Positions 53,315 through 64,000 of a DNA stretch of 64,000 nucleotides are shown here, piece by piece. Source of the stretch: Eledone cirrhosa (taxonomy: Eukaryota); the NCBI GenBank assembly GCA_964016885.1, contig OZ024753.1:17918001-17982000 (forward strand), in the 5' to 3' direction. The first letter of the stretch is position 1, and the number at the start of each line of letters is the position of its first letter. The position numbers were made by a program, and so were the translations under genes. The notes below the pieces were generated by a model. It was given only the letters and a program-made list of their open reading frames with translations. It had not been told where the DNA came from and did no database searches.

Positions 53315-53320
<6 letters not shown>
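52460..53320 (-). mobile_element. Degraded PLE 3' fragment (GIY-YIG + 3' UTR)
   Basis: CPIC..YRIECNKCKEFYIGSTIPALHTRIKEH..NLRIKEAL..PDINNR. Confidence 0.75.
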
Positions 53321-53359
<39 letters not shown>

Positions 53360-53364
<5 letters not shown>

Positions 53365-53694
53365 CAATGATATTAATAAATGGAAACTATATTTATAAAA
53401 CCATATTTATTCTATTATACATATTTCAAGCCTACCAAAACTTTGGTACGCTATCATCAGATAAATTACGAAGTGTGTTTTATAAATAGTAACATACTTT
53501 GTATTTTATCTGATGAGGGCGTACCAAAGTTTTGTTACCCTTGAAATATATATAATACAATAAATATGGTTTCATAAATATAGTTTCCATTTATAAATAT
53601 CATTGATATTCTACTCCAGAAAACTTGTCGAGTGCTTCGAATCTGTTATAAATGTATTTGTTGAATTACCAACAAATTAAATATCCCATTGCTT
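53360..53694 (+). mobile_element. Fold-back mini-element, family B, HHR on both arms
   Basis: 53360-53470 is inverted at ~53500-53609; CUGAUGA 53510-53516, GAAA 53543-53546, AUA triplet; tail with ttgtcgagtgc. Confidence 0.8.
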
Positions 53695-53699
53695 ATATA

Positions 53700-53780
<81 letters not shown>

Positions 53781-53973
53781 TCTGCTCTGGGGAAAGGGTA
53801 GAAGCAGCATTTGAAAATTGAGTTTCTGCAAATAATTACAAATAATTACAAATAATTACCAATTTGCACATAGCATGACTAGGCTGTATAATTACTGTTG
53901 AAACATTTGTAAGCACTCGGAACAAATTACCTTTTTTATGATGTCTACCTGTTATTATTCATTCTTTATGTAT

Positions 53974-55036
53974 AGTCAACATCATTGGATACCATCAGGG
54001 TTGCAGGTGTTATATCAGAATTTTCCTTCTCCTAGAATTCTGCCTTGACAAAGGCTAAGGGATCATCTCTCCCGGATATATATATATACATACATACATA
54101 CACATATATATACATGGTGGCTGCCAACTCATTTGCGAGTACGGCCACTACTTTATATTCATGTAGGAGAACGCCTACCGATGCGCTGAACGAGTGTGAC
54201 TTTTTAGTCCAGCCAGCAACTTGAAAACTCTACACTTGTGACAATTATTGACACATAGTGCTGGGCCCATGGTACCATGTAATGACAAGTGCAAAGAGGT
54301 CTCCAGATATAAAGCAATGCCTGTGCCGTGAAGCTTTTATAGTGAGCAAAGGCACTGCACAAAGCCAGTCCCACTTTCTTAACCAAGATGATATTTACCA
54401 AAAAGAAGAACAAGTCAACATCATTGGATACCATCAGGGTTGCAGGTGTTATATCAGAGTTTTCCTTCTCCCAGAATTCTGCCTTGACAAAGGCTAAGGG
54501 GTCATCTCTCCCGGTGATTTTGGATGGCATTGACTCTTAAGAGCTCCTTTGCCCTTCGACAGGTTTTGTTTTTAGTCCTGCAGGATGTCCAAAGTCACCC
54601 TCCTCACCAAGACACCTTGGTGGGGTTGCCAGTTTAGTCGCCAACGACGCGACCATGAGACAGGTTGTACTGGGATACATGTTACCAGTAGCACCAACTG
54701 GTGACCTGACATTATATATATATATATACATACATATATGGTGGCTGCCAACTCGTTTTCGACTACGGCCACTACTTTATATTCATATAGGAGAACGTCT
54801 GCCGATGCGCTTAACGAGTGTGACTTTTTAGTCCAGCCAGCGACTTGAAAACTCTGGTACAAACACTACACTTGTGACAATTATTGACACATAGTGCTGG
54901 GCCCATGGTACCATGTGACGATAAGTGCAGAGAGATCTCCAGATACAAAGCAATGCCTGTGCCGTGAAGCTTTTATAGTGAGCAAAGGCACTGCACAGAG
55001 CCAATCCCACTCTCTTAACCAAGATGATATTTACCA
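53974..55036 (-). mobile_element. Cluster of the solo-LTR-like element: fragment 53974-54075, full copy 54115-54711, half copy 54739-55036
   Basis: Reverse-complement homology to 13352-13961; copies separated by TA/TACA tracts. Confidence 0.7.
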
Positions 55037-55227
55037 TACATACATACATACATACGGAGATGCCAATCCATACTTGCGTTCCAAACGACCGCATTAAGTG
55101 AAAGTGATAAAACATGCATTTGTTTTGTATACAAACGTATATACAAGCTTACTTACATATATTCAGACGTGCTTGTCTGAATATATGTTTCTCTACATAC
55201 ATCATCTGCCTTCATTATTACATTAGA

Positions 55228-55592
55228 GGGCGGTGGATTGGCAGTATCGGTAGAGAGTCGGACGCCATGCTTTTCAGCATAGTTACGTCCCTTTACAATC
55301 TGAGTTCAAATCCCGCCGAGGTTGACTCTTTGCTTTTCATCCTTACGGGGTCGATAAAATAAAGTACCAGTAATGCACAGGTGAATTTGCTGGCCTTGTG
55401 CCTAAAGTAGAAACAATTATTACATTAGAGGGTTGGATTATGCTTTCCAGCATAGTTACGTCCCTTTACGATCTGAGTTCAATTCCCGCCGAGGTTAACT
55501 TTGCCTTTCATCCTTACGGGGTCGATAAAATAAAGTACCAGTAATGTACTGCGATAATTGCTGGCCTTGTGCCAAAAGGTAGAAACAATTAT
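55228..55592 (+). mobile_element. Two tandem SINEs
   Basis: Consensus match; attattacat occurs three times at the junctions. Confidence 0.9.
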
Positions 55593-56099
55593 TACATATT
55601 GATATAGTAGCATTACACGTGGCATTGCATGCATTCATAATTCTACATATCGTTGTATGTAACATATATTCCTCATTTTTCAATTATATAAAGCAAATTA
55701 TTTGATTTTATTTGATATACGCCAATGGGACCCCAAATCTCTAGAGTCATCACATAAAATATTTGTATTCCATAGTCTGACAGTTTAATTGTGTCTCATA
55801 ACATAAAGGGAGAATTCTCTGAAGTGCATTGTAATATAAACTTTATTAAAAGTGTTTGTCTCTTTATTATGTGTGTCTTCAGACATATCTGCCGTACCAA
55901 TTCTCAATACAATTGAGGCAAACGCTTACTTAACTATAACTCACCAACATATTCTTCGATTTCTAGCTTTATTATAAACATATTGATCACAGCACAGAAT
56001 TGAATTTTGGTGCATGCTTACTTTCCACATAAATAATTGAAACTAGAAGTTAGGTTAGGACATAAGTAACTCATGCAAACTAATGGAATACGTGTATAA

Positions 56100-56524
56100 T
56101 ATACAGACGCACACACACAGCTACACACACACCCGCAGACACACACACATATACACACACGCACATACACATACGCACACACATACAGACATACACAGAC
56201 ATACACGCATATACACACACACATACACACACACAGGCATAAACACAGACACACACAGGCACACACACATATACACCCACACAGAGACACACACACATCC
56301 ACACACACACAGAGAGACACACAAACACACACATATACATACATACACCCACACACATAATACCCATACACACACAGACACACACACACATACAAACACA
56401 CGCACACACAGACACTCACACACACACACATAGACACACACCCACACATACACACATACACAGACACACATACACACAGACACACACGCATACAGACACA
56501 CACACACACACATATATATATATA
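56100..56524. repeat. Degenerate (CA)n microsatellite
   Basis: Direct reading. Confidence 0.95.
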
Positions 56525-56527
56525 GTA

Positions 56528-56713
56528 ATAATTGTTTCTACTTTAGGCACAAGACCAGCAATTACCCAGTGCATTACTGGTACTTTATTTTATCGAGCCC
56601 GTAAGGATGAAAGGCAAAGTCAACCTCGGCGGGATTTGAACTCAGATCATAAAGGGGCGTAACGCTATGCTGCAAAGCATGGCATCCGACCCTCTACCGA
56701 TACTGCCAATCCA
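56528..56713 (-). mobile_element. SINE
   Basis: Consensus match. Confidence 0.9.
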
Positions 56714-56716
56714 TGC

Positions 56717-59700
56717 TTTCTTTATCAACCACAAGTGTTTAGACAAAGTAGTCTTACTTTGTGTAAGGACAATACAGGACAACACAGGACAATACAGGAC
56801 GGTACAAATGGTCATTTCTGCGTGTAAAAAACAAAAATAGAGGATGTAACAAAAAAAGAAAGAATGAAAAATTCCCCAATAGGGGGAGTCTTTCGAGGGA
56901 AATTCGTGGAGAAAGCCCATTAAAAAAGTCACGGTAACCCTGACCACCCGGGCAAGTGCCCTCTCCCAGTTTTCCACCTTCAATTTACAGGCGCATACTC
57001 AGAGGAGATCCATTCACTGGGGCCATGCTTGCTCTCTCACCCATCTTTCCACAAAATGCTGGGAAGAGAGCACTTCCCTCTCTACTTTGATTTTCCTTAT
57101 CAAATGAAATTTGAAAAAGTTAATGAGGGCATCCCCAAAGAGGTAAGTGCTCATTTCAGCCCTTTCAAACGCAACCACCACACTATCTCTTTCGCCATGG
57201 CCACCTGACAGATAAAAACTGCCTGCGCTTCCCGGCTAAAGGAAGAGGGCGGAGCAATCCTCACAATGGACTCAGCTGATAGCTGGATCCGTCCTACACG
57301 CGATAGCAGGTGTTCGACATAAACCCACAAGTCAGTAATGCTCTGACACTGGACGAGTGCGAGCAGGACGGTTTCGTCGCCCAGTGCGCATCTCGGACAT
57401 GCCCGACTCACGGCACTTCCATACCTGTAGAGTTTATTCCGAACTGGCAAAGTTCCTCGGTAGCACTGCCAGGCCGGGGATTTCTGGAAGTTGTTCATAG
57501 GCTCCGGCCCGAAAGTTCCCCCGAACAGATTGGCTAGTTGATTTTCGTCGACGTCCAGAGTCTCCCCAAGTACGACGTCGCTATTCCCCTCCACTAATCC
57601 TCTATAGAACGCTGAGGTAGAGTTTACACTGATCGCATTGCCCGACTGATCGAGGGCTGTGAGCGCCTAAAGACATTCCAGTCTCGAAGCGCTCCCTCTC
57701 GATCTTCGCATGACCCAGGACTGCAGCTCCGTCAAGGAGACTAGCTAGGGAAACACGCGTCTAGCAAACAGCGACCAACCCTGATCACCGCCGAGGAAGA
57801 GGTGGAGATGTCGTAGCCTGAGCGCGTGTCTGCGCATCATCAGTCATGGTATGCCTAGCCCTCCACGTAGCGAGTGTTGACAGCAGATGGACCGCCTGAC
57901 CATCCGAGCGCATCCCTTCCACAAAAAGCGAAAGAGCAAACGTTCCAGCGCACTCAGGCGAGGCACGACGGTCAGGCGGTAGTAGATGACGGACGCGATG
58001 TATGCATTCCCCACTTCCGCTCGACCTTTCAGCGATAGCTTCATCTCTCCCCATTTCTGGGTGAGAGAAGCCAACTTGTTCGTCACCTCGTCCCAGTTTT
58101 TGTCCGTCTGGAGGTCCGGACCGAACCAGACCCCTGGCAATTTAACCGGTCCGTCCATCCAGCGCCCGACAACGCTGTTGAACGGCATGGACCTGCCTCT
58201 CCAGGTGCGGAGCTGCAGGCTCACCGACTTTTCCTGGTTGATCATTGCTCCTGTCACCACCTCGTATTCTCTTAGTGTGGTGCCGATCACCTCGATGTGT
58301 TTGGCGTTCGACACCACTACGGCGACATCGTCTTCATATGCTGACACGGGTCTTCCACATCCCAGTTCGCGCTGGACCCCCCCTCAACGTCTCCAGTTTT
58401 TTCAGTAATGACTCGGGAGTCAATACGTAAAACAGGGACGAGAGGTGACATCCTTGGTGGATCGAGCGCATGATGTTGAACGGTTCCGAAAGGTGACCGT
58501 TCACTCTCACCACAGAGCAGATGTCGCTGTTCATGTCAGCGATCCAGCCTCTGAAAACGGGCCCAAAGTCAATCGCCCTCAGGACTGCCGCCAGATAACG
58601 ATGGTCGACCCTATCGAAAGCTTTCGCTGATCTAAATTGATCAAGGACCCACACGTGCCATGTTCCCTAGCTACCCTCTCCACGAAGTATCGCATGAGGT
58701 GGAGGTTGACGTGATTGATCTGTCTGGGATGGCGCAGTTTGCGCCTCTCTTACCAGACAACCAATGACAAGCGCCAACCTCTTTACTACCACCTTGGCCA
58801 AAATCTTGAACTATGTGTTTAGCAGAGATATGGGCCTGAAATGATCTATGTTATCACCCTTGTTAGTATCCTTTCTCAGCAGCGTCACCGCTCCTCGGCT
58901 AACAGAGCTGGAAATTCTCCCGTTCTGTTGCCAGTTGCAGTAGACGTCCGCCTAGGGGTCTCCGAACAAGTCTGGCATGTATACGTAAAGTTCGTAGGGC
59001 AGACCATCCAAACCAGGTGATTTACCCTTTGTGCAGCCAGTCATTGCCTCCCGTACTTCAGCGGCTGTTATCGGCTTTTCGCAACACTCCGCCTCAGTGG
59101 CCGAGAGCCGCGGTATTAGTCGAGGTAGGCACTAAAGTCCATCCCTCGATCCGGCCGGCCGCTGCCCCCGAACAGCTGGGCGAAGTGTCGCAGAAAATCT
59201 TCACACATTTGCCCGGGATCGAGTAGCATGCGCCCGTCGTGGTCCACCAAAGACCGGATCCTGGCTTTGTTGCCACGACGCGCCTCCGCCACTCGCTTCC
59301 AGTAGCCGGGTCCCTGAAGTCTATCTAAGTCAACCTCACAGACCACGAATTTGTGGTCCGTGTAGTCGACTATTTTGAATTGTGGACAGCCTATGCTAGA
59401 CCTATCTATTTCCCTACAAAATACCCTATATATATATATATATATGATCTGTATGACTCGATGCGGTTTGTTCATCTCCACATTGGCACATTCGGGAAAT
59501 CCAGACGGTACTGTCTGAGCAGGTTTGCGAGGCTTTTACACCCTCCTCTCCTATCCGCCAATCCCACACAGTCCCAACGTGTATCTAAGATCCCGTTCCA
59601 GTCGCCCACTAACACTAAAGAGCGGACGTTCCAAGAAAGGTCTCCAGACGCCGGAAGAAATCAGGCCGCCCTGCTCCTGTCGGGCATATACGGCCACTAG

Positions 59701-60980
59701 TCTGAAACTTGACTGTCTCCGCTGGTCACGTCCATCACTACCAACTTACCTTCTGGGTCCAGGAAGATGGCCCGTATGGCGAGATCCAAGCCTCTCCGAA
59801 AAAGCACAGCCCCCCCCCCCCCCCGATCCTGGATATTTTCCTTTTTTGGTTTCTTTTCTTTTTCTTTTTTCCAGATACAGTTTCCCACCCTTCTTCGTTG
59901 TCACAATCTGTCTCCAGTTGTAATAGGTCGGCGAGTGGAAAATCCTGCACAGGCGTTGGTTTTGGTTGGGGCGTGGTGGATGGTGGAGGCGCTGGAGCTA
60001 ATTCTGGCGCGATGGGTGGTGTGGTGCTGGTTTTGCTACGGTTGCGGCTACAGTTGCTGCTACAGTTGCTTCTGTTGTTGTTGCTACAGTTGTTGCTGCC
60101 ATTTCTGCTGCTGGTTTTGATGGTTGAATCACTGGGGCGCGCAGGAGAGGTGGCCTCAACTTTTTAGCCTGAGGGCCGAAAGCCTTTAGGTGGGTCCCTT
60201 CGCCTCAAACGGCACACCTAGGCCTTCTACTCTCCACGATTACGCTGAGATTGCTGCTGTCATTCAGCTATTTCCTGTATGGTTTTTTGGTCCGCTTGGA
60301 TCAGGAACTCCATCCCAGATCCGGCCCAGTTCTCCTGCTTTACTTTAATCACCTCAATTACTTTAGTGTCAGCGAGGACGGCAGCCATTAGCCAGGAAAT
60401 TTCAATGGCCGGGGGAACCTGGGTCACCCTGACCCTTACCAGCCTCTGACCACAATAGCTTGGGACGAGTGTGAACTCGTCACTTTTTAATGGGGCCATG
60501 GAGTGTTCTCTGGCTTCCTGTGGGGTTCCAAAGAACACGTCTACGATTCCATATTTTTGCCCACATCTGATGTGGGTTTTTTGAGCCCACACATGTTCCA
60601 AAGCTTTTTGTATCTGGGACACGGATGCCCAATCCACTCGGCGTGTTTTAATGTTTATTGTGCGATATGACACGGTCCAAAGGCGCCGATGTATTAGATG
60701 GGGCGGGGCGGGGTGAGGCTGACCCTGTAACCATATTTTTTTACCATTCGCCTGGCTTCATTCAATTCTTCCTGGCGTAACTCAACCGTTTCATCTTTGT
60801 TTAGCGCTTTAGCAAACGACACATTTGGTTTTGCGCTGGTGTTGATGTTGTTGTTGTTATTCTTATTGTTGGTGTTATTGTTATTTTTGTTATTATTATT
60901 TTTAGTTTCAGTTGTGGCGGTGGTGGTGGTGTTAGTGCCGTTCGGCGTGGAACAGACGATTTTCGGAGAATCCATTTCGA
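56717..60980 (-). mobile_element. Tx1/L1-clade LINE, near full length, frameshifted (ORF1 ~60975-59900; ORF2 APE-RT-Zn)
   Basis: LVGDWNGILD and TDHK (APE), GPGYWK, KAFDRVDH, HQGCHLS, AYEDDV, GGLG, CPRC..ETV; GC-rich. Confidence 0.9.
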
Positions 60981-60989
60981 TATCACGAG

Positions 60990-63900
60990 ATCATTTATTT
61001 ATGGGGCAGCACTTCTCTCTCCACCCCCACCTTCCTTTCCAAGTGAAACTTGAAAAAGTAGATGAGGGATTGGCCGAAGAGAAAAGTGTCTGTCTTCAGT
61101 CCTTTCGACCTCGTCCACCATACAACCTCTTTCGCTACTGCCACCAGTCAGAGGAAAATTGCCTTCCCTTCCTGGCCAAAAGAAGGCGGCGGGTCGATCT
61201 TCACTGTGGACTCGGCCGATAGCCGGATCCGTTCTACACGCGACAACAGCTGTTCAACATAACTCTACAAGTCAGTAACGCACCTATACTGGACGAGTGC
61301 GTGAAGAACGGTCTCGTCGTTCTGTGCGCATCTCAGGCAGCACTTCCGTGCCTGTAGAGTTTATCTCGAACCGGTAGTGCCCCCCCCTCCCCCCGGTAGC
61401 ACTACCAAGCGAGGGATTTTTGGAAATTATCCATCTTCCCCGGCTCGAAAGTCCTCCGGTACAGATTGGTTAGTTCGACTTCGTTGACTCCCAGAGCCTC
61501 TCCGAGTGCGTCGTCGCACTACCCCCCCACTAATCCTCTATAGAACTCGAGAGAGGAAGTTACACTGAGCGCATTGCCCGCCTGGTAGAGGGCAGTGAGT
61601 GCCTGGCAACATTCCAGATGCCAGTCACCCAGTCTCGGTCTCTTCTTGACCCAGGACTGCAACTCAGTCAAAGAAACGAACTGAGGAAAGGCCCGTCTGA
61701 CAAACGGCGACCACACCTGTTCACCGTTTAGGCAGAATATATGGAGATGCCGCAGCCTCAGCGCGTGCATGGGCATCATTAGCCACGCATGCCCAGCCCT
61801 CCACGTAGAGGGTGCTGGCAGCAGATGGACCGCCTCACCAGCGGAACCTGACCCCTCCAAAAGAATTTGAAGAGGAGCCGCTCCAAGATGGCGAGGAGCG
61901 AACGGGGGAAAGGGACGACGATCAGACGGTAGTAGATGACGGACGCGATGTACGCGTTCGCCCCCTCCGCTCGACCTTTCAGTGATAGCTTCATGCCAGC
62001 CCATTTCTGAGTGAGACTGGCTACCCTTCCCGTTACCTCCTCCCAATTCTTAACCACCTGGAGGTCTGGCCCGAACCAAACCCCTAGCAACTTTACCGGT
62101 CCATCTGTCCACCGCCTAACAACGCTGATGGACGGCATGGACTTGCCTTTCCAGGTGCCGAGTTGCAAGCCCACCGATTTTTCCGGGTTAGGTTTTACTC
62201 CCGTCAAACTTTCATATTCCTCCAATAAGTTGCCGACCACCTCGATTTCTGAGGTGTCCGACACCATCACGGTGATGTCGTCAGCAGAAGCCGACACAGC
62301 CTTTCCGTGTCCCGGTTTGAGCGGGATTCCCTGCAACAGCTCCAGCTTCCGCAGTAAAGGCTTGAGAGTCAATACGTACAGAAGGGAGGAGAGAGGGCAC
62401 TTTGACGGACCGATCGGGAGACCTGAAACGGTTCCGAGAGGTGGCCATTAACTTTGACCACCGAGCAGATGCCGCTGAGCATTGCAGCGATCCAGCTTCT
62501 GAAGACGGGGCCGAAGCCAGCCGCCTTGAGGACAGCCTCCAGATACCGATGGTCGACCCTATCGAATGCTTTCGATCGATCTAAATTGATCAGAGCCCCA
62601 CCGGAGCCAGGTTTACACCCTACCCTCTCTATGATGTATCGCATTAGGTGGAGGTTGTCGTGTATGGACCTGGTTGGGATTGCGCAAGTTTGCACCTCCC
62701 CAACCAAATCCCCGACGACAAGCGCCAACCTCTTCGCTAACACCCTGGCCAAAATCTTAAACTCTGTGTTGAGCAGAGTTATGGGCCTGAAATTGTCTAA
62801 TGTGTCCCTCTTGTTCTCGTTTTTCCATATCAGCGTCACTACGCCCAGGCTCACAGAACTGGGAATACTCCCGTTTTGCTGTCAGTTGAAGTAGAGGCCT
62901 TCGAGTAGATTGGAGAACAAGTCAGGCATATTTACGTAAAGTTCGTAGGGCAGACCATCCAGACTTGCGCCTCATGCAGCCGACAAGAGCATCCTGAATC
63001 TCGGCTGAAGTAATTGGCCTTTCGCAGCGCCCAGCGTCAGCCGTCGAGAGTTGCGGCAAGCCATCGAGGTAGGGACTGAAGTCCGCCACCATCTCTGACC
63101 CGCCACTTCCCCCGAACAACCGCGCAAAATGTTGGCGAAAGCCCTCACACATCCGCTTGGAATCGCTCAGCTCGTGTCCGTCTCGGTCCGTCAAAGACCG
63201 AATCATGGTTTTATTACCACGCTGCGCCTCTGCCACGCGGGCCCATCGAACAGCTTTGGTTCCCTCGTTTCTCAGAGCACGCGCCTTAACTCTGACAATG
63301 CAGCCTTCGTGTTCGCATTGAAGAAATGGTCTAATGCCATTCTCGCCGCTAGCACGTCAGTTGCAATGCCACTACCAATAGCCACGTCTAACTTATCTAC
63401 CAACTCCCCCTCCTTTCTATTTTTCTCTAACGCTACTTCTTTGATAAACTCTATCGACATTACTCTAATCTCTCTTTTGAGAGCCCCCACCATCTATTGT
63501 TGACGACTCCCCCTATCAACATTTTCTTAACTAAATTGTTGACCTGTAAGCCTTACGTGCCGGAAATGACATGTTTAGCTTCCAGTAACCAGGTCTTAAC
63601 CTACGCGTCTTATCTAGGTCGACCATACAGATCACAAGCTTGTGATCCGAATAGGCGACCGTTTCAAAACGTGGACAGCTTACACTATTTCTGTCTATTT
63701 TCCTCATGAATATCCTGTCTATATATGATCTAGATGACCCTATGCGGTTAGCCCAGGTCCACACTGGCGCATTAGGGAAATCTAGTCGGTACCTGTCAGA
63801 CAGTTGGAACTGGCTGATAAGTTCTTGAGGCTTTTGCACCCCCCGCTCCTATCGGATACTCTCACACAGTCCCAGCGTGCGTCTAAGATGCCGTTCCAGT

Positions 63901-64000
63901 CCCCTGCTAACAGTAAAGGGCGAGACGTACCTAGAAAGGCTTCCATGCGTCTAAAGAAGTCCGGCCGTCCTGCCCCAGTCGGAGCATAGACGGCCACCAG
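60990..64000 (-). mobile_element. Second Tx1/L1-clade LINE, ORF2 region, frameshifted, continues beyond the window
   Basis: VYAPTG, LAGDWNGILD, SYIDRIF, YSDHK, PGYWKLN, NFRPITLLNTEFKILA, KAFDRVDH, SADDI, VKLLGVWF. Confidence 0.92.

Overview
AT-rich animal DNA made almost entirely of repeats, with no host gene I can support. The SINE and LINE tails suggest an octopod cephalopod (inference). It holds large (TA)n/(TATG)n/(CA)n microsatellites, about 25 tRNA-derived SINE copies, CR1-like, R4/Dong-like and two Tx1/L1-like LINE relics, a solo-LTR-like element, and at least five Penelope-like elements (PLEs). One PLE has an uninterrupted ~1050-codon RT + GIY-YIG frame. The standout is a non-coding hammerhead-ribozyme (HHR) system. 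A 7.1-kb array (19165-26268) contains about 12.6 near-identical 561-568-bp monomers, each with a type I hammerhead, and has a PLE-style 5' inversion 11 nt from the predicted cleavage site. A diverged sister insertion (115-980) has the same two termini and covarying ribozyme stems. More than ten small HHR-centred fold-back elements sit in TA tracts. This fits a retrozyme-like (possibly circular) RNA family mobilised in trans by PLE reverse transcriptase. All structures were paired by eye and coordinates are approximate to a few bases.
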